Source of the DNA: Thermoplasmatota archaeon
GTDB lineage: Archaea > Thermoplasmatota > Penumbrarchaeia > Penumbrarchaeales > Penumbrarchaeaceae
NCBI GenBank assembly: GCA_046483845.1
Contig: JAWOCK010000098.1
Location: 655 to 64,654, forward strand
Length of the DNA: 64,000 bases
Direction of reading: 5' to 3'
A program made the position numbers and the translations under genes. Shown one piece after another: positions 16,702 through 26,802 of this stretch (position 1 is its first letter; every line of letters starts with the position of its first letter). The notes under the pieces were generated by a model. That model was not told the origin of the DNA. It searched no databases and worked only from the letters and a program-made list of their open reading frames with translations.

Positions 16702-18724
16702 TGCTCCCCCTGTCCTGTTTGGTGGGACACTTGGGATTTATGCAGGTATTTAAGGGTCTGGAGCGCCTTCTGTACATTATTATCATCGGGGACCTGCAAA
16801 CCTCGCAGATCTCATCCGTGAACCCTATCTTCCCTTTCTGAGGAAGAGGATAGCTCTTGGAGCAGCCCGGATACATGGAGCACCTGACATACCGCTTCCC
16901 TCTCTTGGACCTCAACTGGACGAGATCATTATTGCACCTGGGACATTTTCCAATGACATCCTGCACGTCCAGGGACTCCCTGATCTCCTTTCCAATGTCC
17001 TTTTCGTGTTCCTTCAGGCGCTTCATTACCTCGGAGAGCATCTCCCTGGACTCGTTCAGTACCTCCCCTTGGGTCAGCTCCTTCAGCGATATCTTTTCCA
17101 TGTCCTTTTCAAGGCGCGATGTCATCTTTGGCTCGGTTATCATCCTCGCATGTTTCTCCAGCGACGCGATGAGGGCGTCCCCGGACAGGGTCGGCTGCGG
17201 AGGCGACTCCTCTATGTATCTCCTTGAATAGAGCTTCTTTATTGTCTCGTGCCTGGTGGACTTCGTCCCGAGACCAAGGCGCTCCATTTCCTGGATGAGA
17301 CCGCCCTGGGAATACCTCTTGGGAGGCTTGGTCTCCTTACTGAGAAGGTCCATTTCCTCGATGGAGACATCATCCCCTTTCTCCATCGGGGGAAGCTTGT
17401 TCTCCTTGACCTTTGAGAACTCGTAGACTGACCTCCATCCCGCATATAGTGTTATGAGTCCCGAGGCATTGAAGGTCTCTCCCTCCACATCTATCCTGAG
17501 AGATGTCATCTCCACACGGGCGGGGTCGTGAAGGGTCGCAAGGAACCTCCTGACCACAAGATCGTATATCTTGAACCTCTCGGGACCGAGCTTGGCCCTG
17601 GTCGCGTATGAGGTGGGGTAGATTGGGGGATGGTCCGTGGTCTGTTTTTTTCCCCTTGTAGATCTTATCTTATCCTTGGAGAGTATGTATCCGCAGGCCT
17701 CCGTATACGGACCTTTGTTCAGGTCCTGGACCGTCTTTTTCAGGTCCAGGTCCTTGGGATAGACCGTGTTGTCGGTCCTCGGATAGGAAATGAAACCCTT
17801 GGTGTAGAGGTCCTCGGCAACGGACATTATCCTGGAGGCCGACATCCCGAGCGAGTTGGCAGCCCTGATGAACTGAGTGGTATTGAATGGAGTGGGGGGC
17901 TGGTCCTTCCTTTCCCTCTTCTTCACCTCGGTGATGGTCCCGCTATTGGCATCTCGGACCTTCTCAAAGGCCTTGGAGGCTTTTTTCTCATCCTTGAAAT
18001 CGCCACCGGAATGGTACCCCGAGAACTGTTTCCCATCCTTACCGAACAACGCCTCTATCCTCCAATAAGGCACCGGCACAAATTTCCTTATCTCCTTCTC
18101 CTTGTTCACTATCAACGCAAGTGTGGGACTCTGGACCCTTCCCACCGAAAGGAACTCGTGTCCGAGCCGTTCCGCCGCAAGGGAAATGAAACGGGTCAGG
18201 GTAGCTCCCCAGACCAGGTCCACTATCTGTCTTGTCTCTGCAGCCGATGCAAGGGCAACATCTATCCTGCCGGGTTCGGAAAAGGACCTGTAGACCTCCG
18301 CAGGCGTAAGAGATGAGAAATGGGCCCTCAGGGATCTTTCGGCACCGCTATCACCCAGTGCATGGTCCACCGCCTCCTTCCCGATTAACTCCCCCTCCCT
18401 GTCATAGTCGGTTGCCACATAGATCTCTGATGATTCCTTGGCCAGGGACCTCAATACACTTGCTATTCCCTTTTCCGAGACGGTCTTTATGGGTTCTGCC
18501 TCTATCAGGGATGCCGGGTCCACACGGCTCCAGGAATTATATCTCTTGGGAAAATCCATGTTCAATATGTGTCCCCTGAGACCGATGCACTTGGTCTCTT
18601 CTCCCAGCCAGTGAAAATAATAGATGGGGACCCTTCCGGAACTTGTCTTGGTGACCTTTCCGTTGGACAGTATATCGGAGATCCTTTTTGCGGCATTATC
18701 CTTCTCGCATATTATCAATCTCAT
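16655..18724 (-). CDS. topA: DNA topoisomerase type IA (Topo I/III) with C-terminal zinc ribbons
   Basis: Start moved to MRLIICEKDNAAKRI (Toprim). Type IA core is readable along the full length. C-terminal CPRCNNDL…CSMYPGC and CEVC…CINPKC are zinc ribbons. Confidence 0.85.
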   Translation of the reverse strand: MRLIICEKDNAAKRISDILSNGKVTKTSSGRVPIYYFHWLGEETKCIGLRGHILNMDFPKRYNSWSRVDPASLIEAEPIKTVSEKGIASVLRSLAKESSEIYVATDYDREGELIGKEAVDHALGDSGAERSLRAHFSSLTPAEVYRSFSEPGRIDVALASAAETRQIVDLVWGATLTRFISLAAERLGHEFLSVGRVQSPTLALIVNKEKEIRKFVPVPYWRIEALFGKDGKQFSGYHSGGDFKDEKKASKAFEKVRDANSGTITEVKKRERKDQPPTPFNTTQFIRAANSLGMSASRIMSVAEDLYTKGFISYPRTDNTVYPKDLDLKKTVQDLNKGPYTEACGYILSKDKIRSTRGKKQTTDHPPIYPTSYATRAKLGPERFKIYDLVVRRFLATLHDPARVEMTSLRIDVEGETFNASGLITLYAGWRSVYEFSKVKENKLPPMEKGDDVSIEEMDLLSKETKPPKRYSQGGLIQEMERLGLGTKSTRHETIKKLYSRRYIEESPPQPTLSGDALIASLEKHARMITEPKMTSRLEKDMEKISLKELTQGEVLNESREMLSEVMKRLKEHEKDIGKEIRESLDVQDVIGKCPRCNNDLVQLRSKRGKRYVRCSMYPGCSKSYPLPQKGKIGFTDEICEVCRSPMIIMYRRRSRPLNTCINPKCPTKQDRGSSDDKKKENGDSDGSS

Positions 18725-19091
18725 TTGGTCACCGTTCGGGGGCCCCGATTGTAGATATCGATATTTAAGAATGTCTATGGATCCAGTATTATGTGTTATC
18801 AAAAGACATCTGCGACAAGCTCATCCAGTCAACTCCTGACAATCAAGGAGTTACCTTCCTTGATAGCCCATAGAAGAGAGCTTTCCCTGCCTGATCAAGG
18901 AGGCGGTCCATGCTACAAATGGAGTGACAATACATGATACGTCGTTTGAAGGAAGAAGCACTGAGCATAAGTGCCATAAGCAGAAGAACAGGTCATTGCA
19001 GAGATACCGTCAAGTTGCTTTCTCTACCGATCAAGGTCGAATGGTATCTCGAACCGATATCCGGCTCGAATTACCTTCGGAACTGCCGGGA

Positions 19092-19601
19092 TCAGAGCTC
19101 GGGGTAGATATCCATTATCTGGTCTATTCGATGAAGGGTTATCAGCCTATCCGATCGTGGTTTCCTTCTCGGAATCAGCCTCTTTGCCAACGGCCTCTCG
19201 ATGAATATGGCATTTATCCCGGCCTCCAGGGCGGGTATCATGTCATGCCCCAGGGAGTTCCCCACCATGTAGCATCTCCTCCTGTTTGCATTACCACAGA
19301 TCCTGTCGATAACCTCGGGGGTCTTGTTCCTGACGAAGTAAACGTCCTTTTCCCTGAACCATCTCCTGATGCCCAACCTGTCGAGCTTTCTCCATTTCTG
19401 GGAATCATCCAGTACGATGTTCATGGTCAGCATCAGCAGCCGGTCATGTCTGGATGACAGAAAATCCAGCACATCTTCAGCACCAGGGAGCAGTCCGCTG
19501 TAATGAGGGAGGACAGACAAGGGCTGTTTCAAGACCAGTGTATTGTACATGGAGAAGTTGGCAAGGGTATCGTCAAAATCGAATATGAAGGTCTTTCTCA
19601 A
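19092..19601 (-). CDS. HAD-superfamily hydrolase
   Basis: N-terminal FIFDFDDTL (DxD nucleophile motif I) and later HAD motifs (…MVGNSLGHDM…). Apparent TTG start. Directly downstream of purP on the same strand. Confidence 0.55.
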   Translation of the reverse strand: MRKTFIFDFDDTLANFSMYNTLVLKQPLSVLPHYSGLLPGAEDVLDFLSSRHDRLLMLTMNIVLDDSQKWRKLDRLGIRRWFREKDVYFVRNKTPEVIDRICGNANRRRCYMVGNSLGHDMIPALEAGINAIFIERPLAKRLIPRRKPRSDRLITLHRIDQIMDIYPEL

Positions 19602-19611
19602 CGGAACACCA

Positions 19612-20685
19612 TCACGTGATTATTTTGTCCAGTCTGTCGAGGTCACGTCCGAGCTTTATTTCCTGGGCGATCCTCCTTCCCGTTGAAAGCCCGGGCTCGA
19701 TGAAATCGGAATACGGAGAACCTGTTATGAATGGATTTGTCCCCGCAACTATCCTTGCTGAGATCTCGAACACCTTGAACTCCAGCTTATCGGTCACAAC
19801 GGTCTCCAGGCAGAAGGGGCCGATCATTCCGCCGAATATCTCGTAGGAGGTCCTGACAACGTTCTCGGCCATCTCGAAGGCCTTGCTCAGAAGGGATTCC
19901 CTGATCACCAGTGGGAGGTTCCCCGTCACCACGAAGGTCGGGTAGATCCCATGCTCCTTCAGTTCCTCCTGAGAACCAAGCTTGTACATCTCATCGATAT
20001 TGGTCTCATCCCTCCTGTCCATGGATAGTAGCTCGACGATCCCTTCTGCCCCATCCACATTATAGCCTGACTTCCTGAGCGGGGAATGGAAATAGTGGAG
20101 ATAATACCTGGTTCCAAGAATGTACTCCTGGATATTGAACTCCTGTGAATGATCTATTCCCAGTTTGAACTGATTGTAATCCTTGGCAATGAAGAAACCC
20201 CTGCCACCCTTCGCACCCTGATACTTCACCATCACCGGTCTGTCTATCAATTTGGGATCCTTGATCTCCCTGGGCATACTGATCCCGGACCTTTCAAGCC
20301 AGACCCTCTCCATCTTCCTGTCCGATTCCCATTCCAGGACCTTTCGGTTTCCGAACGTGGGTGCGGCCAGATCCTTGAAATTATCAGCACCGAGATACTC
20401 TACGAAGGAACCATGCGGAATAATGATGCCGTTGTCGGCGATTATCTCGTCCAGATGGTCCTTGATCTCGTCATATCTATCAAGTATCAAGAAATCATCT
20501 GGTCTTGCAAGCGGGAAAGCATCGTAGAGCTTGGGGGGACGACCCACCGCGATCCCGAGAGTTTTCAAGCCTTCCACTTTCGCACCGTGAAATATCTGAA
20601 GGCTGGAATGGGAGCATACGGTAACTACCTTCAGCTCATCCTTGTTGTATCCATCCAGAACCTTCTTTACATCGAACGCTTCCAT
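19612..20685 (-). CDS. purP: FAICAR synthetase PurP (formate-dependent, ATP-grasp; archaeal purine step 9)
   Basis: Start moved to MEAFDVKKVLDGYNKDELKVVTVCSHSSL. Strong similarity across the whole length to archaeal PurP (…PHGSFVEYLGADN…FGNRKVLEWESDR…VKYQGAKGGRGFFIA…VTGNLPLVIRESLL…). Confidence 0.9.
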   Translation of the reverse strand: MEAFDVKKVLDGYNKDELKVVTVCSHSSLQIFHGAKVEGLKTLGIAVGRPPKLYDAFPLARPDDFLILDRYDEIKDHLDEIIADNGIIIPHGSFVEYLGADNFKDLAAPTFGNRKVLEWESDRKMERVWLERSGISMPREIKDPKLIDRPVMVKYQGAKGGRGFFIAKDYNQFKLGIDHSQEFNIQEYILGTRYYLHYFHSPLRKSGYNVDGAEGIVELLSMDRRDETNIDEMYKLGSQEELKEHGIYPTFVVTGNLPLVIRESLLSKAFEMAENVVRTSYEIFGGMIGPFCLETVVTDKLEFKVFEISARIVAGTNPFITGSPYSDFIEPGLSTGRRIAQEIKLGRDLDRLDKIIT

Positions 20686-20741
20686 TATCACATAAAGCAA
20701 TCGGTCTCTTATTAGATTTTCGGGGGTTGACCTGATCAGAA

Positions 20742-20765
20742 ATGCAATGCCCCCCTGATAAAGGG
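20742..20765. other. Perfect GC-rich inverted repeat (stem-loop) between the giant-gene stop and the purP start
   Basis: gcccccctGATAaagggggg(c), an 8-9-bp stem with a 4-nt loop. Possible transcript 3'-end or processing structure for the 20780-26497 gene. Coordinates approximate. Confidence 0.3.
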
Positions 20766-20779
20766 GGGCGCTACAGATC

Positions 20780-23700
20780 TCACTCGAAAACGGCACCGCA
20801 GTGCGGACAGATCGGAGCGGATACCGGTATCAAGGCCCCGCACTCGAAACATTCGGCGAGCTCCTCTTCTTCCTCCTCCACCGGAACCGGAGCCGCATCC
20901 TCGCCAGGAGCCTCCTCCTCGATCTCCTCGGAGCCCTCCTCTTCGAGTTCCTCGAGCTCTTCCTCCTCTTCTTCGAACTCTTCATCCTCCCGACCTTCTT
21001 TCTCCTCTTCCTCCGAAGGTCCCTCCTTCTGTAACGGTTCTACATCGGCCTTTACAGGTCTATGGCAGGCCGGGCACTCCGTGGCACCGGTCGGTATCAG
21101 CTCGCCGCACTCACATTCCAACTCATCCGAGAACTCGACACCGCAATGCGGGCATATATCCGCATCGAGCTGGACCAGGCCCCCACAGTTGGAACATTTT
21201 GCCATGTCCTTTGTCTTGTATTTCTTATACACGAAGTAGCCGATAGCACCACCGATGAGAAGCAGGACCAGTATGATGATCAATATCCACACCCATAGAC
21301 GGCTGGGTTCATCCCCTTCCTGGATCTGGACAATGACCGTCGCTTCATTGTTGTCCTTGTCGGATTCATAATAGCTATTCTCATCATCTATCTTCACCCT
21401 GAACAACTTGACATCACCCACAGAGCCTTCTGGTTCGACCCTGAAGGTGACAAGAACTTCTTGATATGGAAGAAGGTCTACGGTCCTCAGATAGCTCTCA
21501 CCTTCAGCAAGCGAGGCGGGTTCATCGAACTCAACCTGGAGATCATGAAAGGAGAAGTTGCCGTTGTTGGTGACCTTGAACGTAACTTCATACTCTTTGT
21601 CCTCTTTCATATCGAACTGCCCGGTCTCTATATTGTACACATCACTTTCCCTCAGAAGTTCGATGGATAGGTCGGGTGCCTCCATCACCTCCAATTGCAG
21701 GGTCAATACATTGTTCCCTTCATCGAACTCCCGTATACTGTTCTCGGGGTCGACCATTATCCTCAACATGTTCATCCCCAGATCCTTCAGGTTCCAGTGG
21801 CCCCTTATCACATCCGTTCCGTTGGTTTCGAGGAAAGGTATCCTGATTATCTTCTCCGTCCAGCTATCGGTATCATTATATGCCTTGAAAAGGACCGTCG
21901 TATTGCTGGCAGCCTTACCACCTATATTGGTCAGGTTCAGCTCCAGGGAGATATTCATACCTAGGTAGGCCATTGGTTCATATTCCAGATCGATGTCGAT
22001 ACCAGGATATCCGGTGGACAACATCAGAGAGCTGTTGGATAGTAAAAGCTCAGGAACATCCTGTATGTCAAATATTTCAACCTGATGGTGAATGCGGTTG
22101 TTGGAGGTGGTCTGCTCCTCCCCTTCCAGCAGGTCCACCTCAACCAGCAATGTCCTGATACCCTTGGGATAATCAGCGATCCAGGGCCTCTCGACGAACA
22201 TGCTGGACCTCCCGGGCAAGGTCCCTGCAAGGTAGGTCATTCCTATTCCCAGCGGGATCGGGTTGGGATCGTTCTCGAACTCCGCATTGAAGAACCTTAT
22301 CCTGAAGGTAGGGGCAGTGGTATCTCCCGTGTTCTCAACGGTTGTGTTTATGGTAAGACGGTTTCCCACTCCCACACTGTTCACCTCGAAATCACCCTGA
22401 TAGAGAGTGATGTTGGTGACCTCCAGGTCGGGCAGTGTCCGGACATACATCTTCCAGAACACCTTGTTGTTCTCTTCATCGCTCTCATCAATGGTATCGA
22501 CCAGGTCCAGGATGACATATATTTCATGATCACCACCGGTTGTGGGGGTCCATGTGACATTTGCCCATCTGAAACCCCCTGCCGGGACAATGTTGATGGA
22601 AACGGAGGGCTGTGTCTCCTTCCAGGAGATTATCTTTCCACCTTCCAGCGGATCTCCGTCGTAGAACCTTATGAAAACGTTCCTTGCAGGAGTTTCGCCG
22701 GAGTTCCTTACAGATGCACTGATGGTGACCTCTTCCCCGATATCAATATTGCGATCCGGTGAGAAATAGAGATCGTTCGTACCCATGTACAGATCAGGTT
22801 TGGAGATCACCCTGATATCGATGGATCGGAGATTGTTATCCTCGTCGGGTTCTTTTATGATATCCCGGGGGTCGGCAACTATGAACATGGTCCTGAACCC
22901 GCTTTCTTCCTCTGCCCTCCGGGATTCCCATGTTATGGAGATGTTCTTTTCCTGACCCGGTAGAAGATCAACATTCACTGTGCTGATGACATTCGTATCA
23001 GAGTCAAGCGCGAACTCCACCTTTGCATTATGAGCCATTGTCTTTCCTATGTTCTTTACAGTGGCCCAGAAGGTGGCGTTCTTGCCTTCTGTTATTACAC
23101 TGGGAGAGACACCAATGTTCGAAGTGAAGGTCAGATCCGGTGGGGTGTCAACCCTTATCGGGAAGATCACCTCGTTGTTCGCCTCGTTCTGTTCCCTTAC
23201 ATCATCATTTAAGTCAATTGCAACGATCAGTTCATGTACACCGGTCGGCGGTCCCGCATACCAGATGAACTCCAGTTCGATATCATCGCCAGGGGATAGC
23301 CCGGGTACCGAACGGTCAAGGTCTATCTTATTTTCCTCGGTCCTTTCCCCGTCATAAACGCTCACCATGAAAGCTCCTGCAGGCAGGTCTCCCGTGTTCT
23401 CTATGGTGAACGTCACCACCGCCGTGGTGTTCACCGTTACCGGGTCCGGTACATTGATGCCGAAGGAGTTCAGGACAAGCCCGATATCCGGAAGCGAAAG
23501 TACCTCTATGGTCCGGACATCGATCGAGTTTATGGGTGACCTGTCGTACTTGGATACCACGGATCCCACCACGTTCAATGTTCCAAGGGCCATGGGCGTC
23601 AAGTTCACGGTCTTCTCCACGGTCTCGCCGGGCGGTATATAATCGAACATCAAAAAGGAGCGGATCTCGCCTTCTCCTGAAGCATCGGTCCATGTCATGT

Positions 23701-26497
23701 TCACATAGAATGGGTTCTCTTCGGGGTCGAGCTCTCCCTCATTACTGACCAGTACATCTATCCGACCCGTGGTATTATAAGCCCATGTTATGGGTGGGAT
23801 ATCGAGCTCTATCGCATAATCGGGACCCAATCCTATGGTGTTGATCTGGTGATCGAGGTTGTCATCCTCATCGGTCTCCTTCACATCCCCGTTCACATCC
23901 GCCATAAGTGAAATATTGACCTCTCCCTCGGTGCAGACCCATGTAGCGTTGACAACATGAGAGGCACCCGGGGCAAGTTCAGGAACAGACCTCTCGACCA
24001 GCGGCTCTCCATCGATCATGATCGAGGCGGAGAACCGGTCCGAGGAGAACTGACCATCGTTCTTTACACTGCCCTTGAGCTCCACCGGGAACCCGTCTAT
24101 CAATGTGCCTTCGGTCCATATCATCTCGGGAACTATGTTGGGTCCGCCTGGCAGGACCACTACAGCATCGATGTTCGCACCTGATAGAACTGCAGCCAAA
24201 GGATCGGACCGGATACCCGAATATGAAGCATTGAACCTGTAATTACCGTGATAGGTCCTTCCGGTGCTCCTTATCTCTTCCTCCAGAAGCGAAAACCTCG
24301 CTGTGCCGTTATCACCAGTTGTATGGGAGGAAACATCGACCTTGAGGGGCCCCAGGACACGCTGAACGTACAATGATGCGCCTGCTATCGGATTCTCGAC
24401 GGAGTCCTGGACCTGGACATTTACCCACCAATATTTCTGTATCACCCCTGTACCGACAGCTTTCAACCATTTGGTCCTTCCATCGGGAAGTGAGCCGGAA
24501 AAGGTAACATTGGTGAGCGAAGCGGAACGGTCCACGTCCAGTACCGTATCGAAGATCGCATCCCGGGATGAGAACGCAACATTGTCCCAGTCCAGATCGC
24601 CGATATTTACTGGCCCCCCTCCGAGCTCGAGGTCGCAATCGGTCGCAAAGATATCCTCGGAGGTGATCCCGGCAGCGTCAACAGAAACATCGACATCAGT
24701 TCCGTAGAGGTTAAAGGACCCGTTCACCATCTCACCCTGTATGTCTATTATCCCGGTGTCCCTTGCTACTATCTGATCGAACTGCAGGCTGCCCCCGTCC
24801 ATTATCATCCGAGGAGCCGAATTTCCAATGAGATAGATGTAAAGGTCCTCTTCACCGTGGGAGGAAAGGGAGACATTGTTCAACTCCATCTTGCCTCCAT
24901 CCTCAATAAGTATGTATGCAGGTGAATCGTCCGTCAGGAAGGATACGGTCGTATCATTGATCGTGAGATGACCCCCGGACCTTATTATGAGATGACCGTC
25001 AAAAGCATAATACGAAGGATAGAACCTCCCATCTACGATAGCTGAGGTCCCGTTCAGGGTGGTGGAACTGCTGAGTGTAAGATCGACATCGGAGCCCGAG
25101 AAGAAAGAAGAGGAGGAGGGGACCATCACATATTCCTTGAATTCGAACGGACCTCCGAGGTCAGAGAAGGCATAGGTACTCTCGGCCGAGCCATCCAGTA
25201 TGGATGCGATAAGATCAACGGCCTCTCCCTGGTCAGGGACATTGGGATAGTTCTTGAACGATGTGTGTGAGGACAGGGTTTCCGTGACCTGGGTTACCTC
25301 GATCTTGAAATCCGGATATGAATCGGAGTTGGGCATGGTCGAGGGTGTTATCACATCGGTGATCACCGGGACGAAGCTCCAACCATCCTCATCCGTGCTG
25401 CTCCAATCAGAGGAGGTCCGGTCCATGAAATCCAATATATCGCCGGTCAGGTAGCTCGAAGTCAACTGTCTGTTTGTGCTGCCTTCGATCCTGTATATGT
25501 CGAGCACCTGGTCCTCCACAGGAATGCCTACCCCGTCGAACACCCGAGATGCTATCCATCTATAATAGATGGCCTTGGAGCCCGTGTTGCGGGTATGGAC
25601 AGCGGGGTAAGTACGATCGGCTGCCGACACATTGAAAGCAGCTCCAACCAGATGGGCCACTGCACCATTGGTTATCTTTAGCATGTTGTGCGAGCCGGTA
25701 GACCTGTTGGATTCGAAATCAATATCCAGGAAGGAATTTATCACAGTAACGTTGGTACCCGAACCATCCAGTGTTATGTTTCCAGCTATCCGACCGTCCC
25801 TTGAGGATGTTGTGAAGGAAAAGGTATCCCTTATCTCCGTATTTACTATCAGTCCCTTGGAACCTGAGAGATAGGTAAAGAGAGGGCCGTCATCATTGTA
25901 GTCCGCATCGTCCGTTGTACTGCCGTCACCGTCGATATCGTATTGAAGGTCATTGGTGTATTCCAGCTTCTTGAATATGGACCCGATGGAATCTATCCTG
26001 CCGCCATTTGTAGCCTGTATCTCACCGGGACCCTCTACCATCGAATTCTCGAAATAAAGCCTGCTTCCTGAGCCATCAACTCCCATATCTATCATGAAGT
26101 AAGGATGAAGCTGATCGGTCTGTGTAGTCACTATGGTATTCTTGAATTGGAGGTATCCACCATCCTGGACCCTGATCGAATAAATATGATCATCACCTCC
26201 ACCTATGACCCCGTCCAATCCGACATCCTGGGAAAGGGTGAGATTGCAGTTGGTAAAGGTGAGTGTGCTTCCAGAGCCGCTGACCGTTATATTGCCGTCC
26301 AAAATATAATCCACCCCGCTGAAGCTTCTTGAAGCGCCTCCTGTCACATTGACCGTACCTAGGGTGCTTGCACCCTCGGCAGGACCTTCCAAGGGGAAGA
26401 TCATGTAAAGACCGGAGAACAACATCATCATAGCTATTGGAGCAGCCATCCATTTTTTTGATCCAAAGAACCGTTTTCCTTCCATACGATCCACCAT
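20780..26497 (-). CDS. Giant (1905-aa) exported surface protein: right-handed beta-helix-like N-region, multiple CARDB-like repeats, C-terminal TM, poly-acidic linker and four cytoplasmic CxxC zinc-ribbon pairs
   Basis: Signal peptide (MAAPIAMMMLFSGLYMIFPLEGPAEG). N-region rich in NxT/S-containing beta-helix-like repeats (…TVSGSGSTLTFTNCNLTLS…). Repeated ~100-aa CARDB-like modules (…VTFTIENTGDLPAGAFMVSVYDG…, …ATFWATVKNIGKTMAHNAKVEF…, …TISASVRNSGETPARNVFIRFYDG…). TM (LWVWILIIILVLLLIGGAIGYFVY), then CSNCGG…CPHCG, CECG…CPACH, E-rich stretch and CFECG…CPHCG. Confidence 0.75.
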   Translation of the reverse strand: MVDRMEGKRFFGSKKWMAAPIAMMMLFSGLYMIFPLEGPAEGASTLGTVNVTGGASRSFSGVDYILDGNITVSGSGSTLTFTNCNLTLSQDVGLDGVIGGGDDHIYSIRVQDGGYLQFKNTIVTTQTDQLHPYFMIDMGVDGSGSRLYFENSMVEGPGEIQATNGGRIDSIGSIFKKLEYTNDLQYDIDGDGSTTDDADYNDDGPLFTYLSGSKGLIVNTEIRDTFSFTTSSRDGRIAGNITLDGSGTNVTVINSFLDIDFESNRSTGSHNMLKITNGAVAHLVGAAFNVSAADRTYPAVHTRNTGSKAIYYRWIASRVFDGVGIPVEDQVLDIYRIEGSTNRQLTSSYLTGDILDFMDRTSSDWSSTDEDGWSFVPVITDVITPSTMPNSDSYPDFKIEVTQVTETLSSHTSFKNYPNVPDQGEAVDLIASILDGSAESTYAFSDLGGPFEFKEYVMVPSSSSFFSGSDVDLTLSSSTTLNGTSAIVDGRFYPSYYAFDGHLIIRSGGHLTINDTTVSFLTDDSPAYILIEDGGKMELNNVSLSSHGEEDLYIYLIGNSAPRMIMDGGSLQFDQIVARDTGIIDIQGEMVNGSFNLYGTDVDVSVDAAGITSEDIFATDCDLELGGGPVNIGDLDWDNVAFSSRDAIFDTVLDVDRSASLTNVTFSGSLPDGRTKWLKAVGTGVIQKYWWVNVQVQDSVENPIAGASLYVQRVLGPLKVDVSSHTTGDNGTARFSLLEEEIRSTGRTYHGNYRFNASYSGIRSDPLAAVLSGANIDAVVVLPGGPNIVPEMIWTEGTLIDGFPVELKGSVKNDGQFSSDRFSASIMIDGEPLVERSVPELAPGASHVVNATWVCTEGEVNISLMADVNGDVKETDEDDNLDHQINTIGLGPDYAIELDIPPITWAYNTTGRIDVLVSNEGELDPEENPFYVNMTWTDASGEGEIRSFLMFDYIPPGETVEKTVNLTPMALGTLNVVGSVVSKYDRSPINSIDVRTIEVLSLPDIGLVLNSFGINVPDPVTVNTTAVVTFTIENTGDLPAGAFMVSVYDGERTEENKIDLDRSVPGLSPGDDIELEFIWYAGPPTGVHELIVAIDLNDDVREQNEANNEVIFPIRVDTPPDLTFTSNIGVSPSVITEGKNATFWATVKNIGKTMAHNAKVEFALDSDTNVISTVNVDLLPGQEKNISITWESRRAEEESGFRTMFIVADPRDIIKEPDEDNNLRSIDIRVISKPDLYMGTNDLYFSPDRNIDIGEEVTISASVRNSGETPARNVFIRFYDGDPLEGGKIISWKETQPSVSINIVPAGGFRWANVTWTPTTGGDHEIYVILDLVDTIDESDEENNKVFWKMYVRTLPDLEVTNITLYQGDFEVNSVGVGNRLTINTTVENTGDTTAPTFRIRFFNAEFENDPNPIPLGIGMTYLAGTLPGRSSMFVERPWIADYPKGIRTLLVEVDLLEGEEQTTSNNRIHHQVEIFDIQDVPELLLSNSSLMLSTGYPGIDIDLEYEPMAYLGMNISLELNLTNIGGKAASNTTVLFKAYNDTDSWTEKIIRIPFLETNGTDVIRGHWNLKDLGMNMLRIMVDPENSIREFDEGNNVLTLQLEVMEAPDLSIELLRESDVYNIETGQFDMKEDKEYEVTFKVTNNGNFSFHDLQVEFDEPASLAEGESYLRTVDLLPYQEVLVTFRVEPEGSVGDVKLFRVKIDDENSYYESDKDNNEATVIVQIQEGDEPSRLWVWILIIILVLLLIGGAIGYFVYKKYKTKDMAKCSNCGGLVQLDADICPHCGVEFSDELECECGELIPTGATECPACHRPVKADVEPLQKEGPSEEEEKEGREDEEFEEEEEELEELEEEGSEEIEEEAPGEDAAPVPVEEEEEELAECFECGALIPVSAPICPHCGAVFE

Positions 26498-26802
26498 CCG
26501 GGTATAAATGCCTCGTCAGTTCAAAGACCAATCAATGCTCGCCAGAATCATTGAATTGGACATCCCCTTCTACAGCAGTTTTTATTACGTATATATAGAT
26601 TGTTCCTTTTTATTTTTGTAAATGATGTTTTCATCAGCATTACTTACGAATGTCGTTTTCGACCTATTATCCTTGTCATCAAGCATGGGACCGGTCGGAC
26701 CTAGCAATGGATCCAAATAAAAGGGTTTTCATCTTGTTCCCTGGGATTCCCCGGGGTAAAAAGGATATAGCCGTTGAACGATTATGACCCTGGAGGTCTG
26801 AG

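Noticed and set aside
18924-19457. 177-aa plus-strand ORF opposite the HAD hydrolase gene
   Set aside because: Antisense overlap with a motif-bearing HAD gene (FDFDDTL). No features of its own.
20840-21010. Run of cctcctc/cttcttc trinucleotide-like repeats that could look like a microsatellite
   Set aside because: It is the in-frame coding sequence (minus strand GAG/GAA codons) of the poly-Glu cytoplasmic linker of the giant protein. It is not an intergenic repeat, though it could be slippage-prone.
22085-23693. ORFs of 100-225 aa (22085-22762 plus strand, 23352-23693 minus strand, others) inside the 1905-aa giant gene
   Set aside because: They are embedded in a continuous 5.7-kb minus-strand ORF with consistent CARDB repeats. 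The alternate-frame products are Gly/Pro/Arg-rich with no domains.
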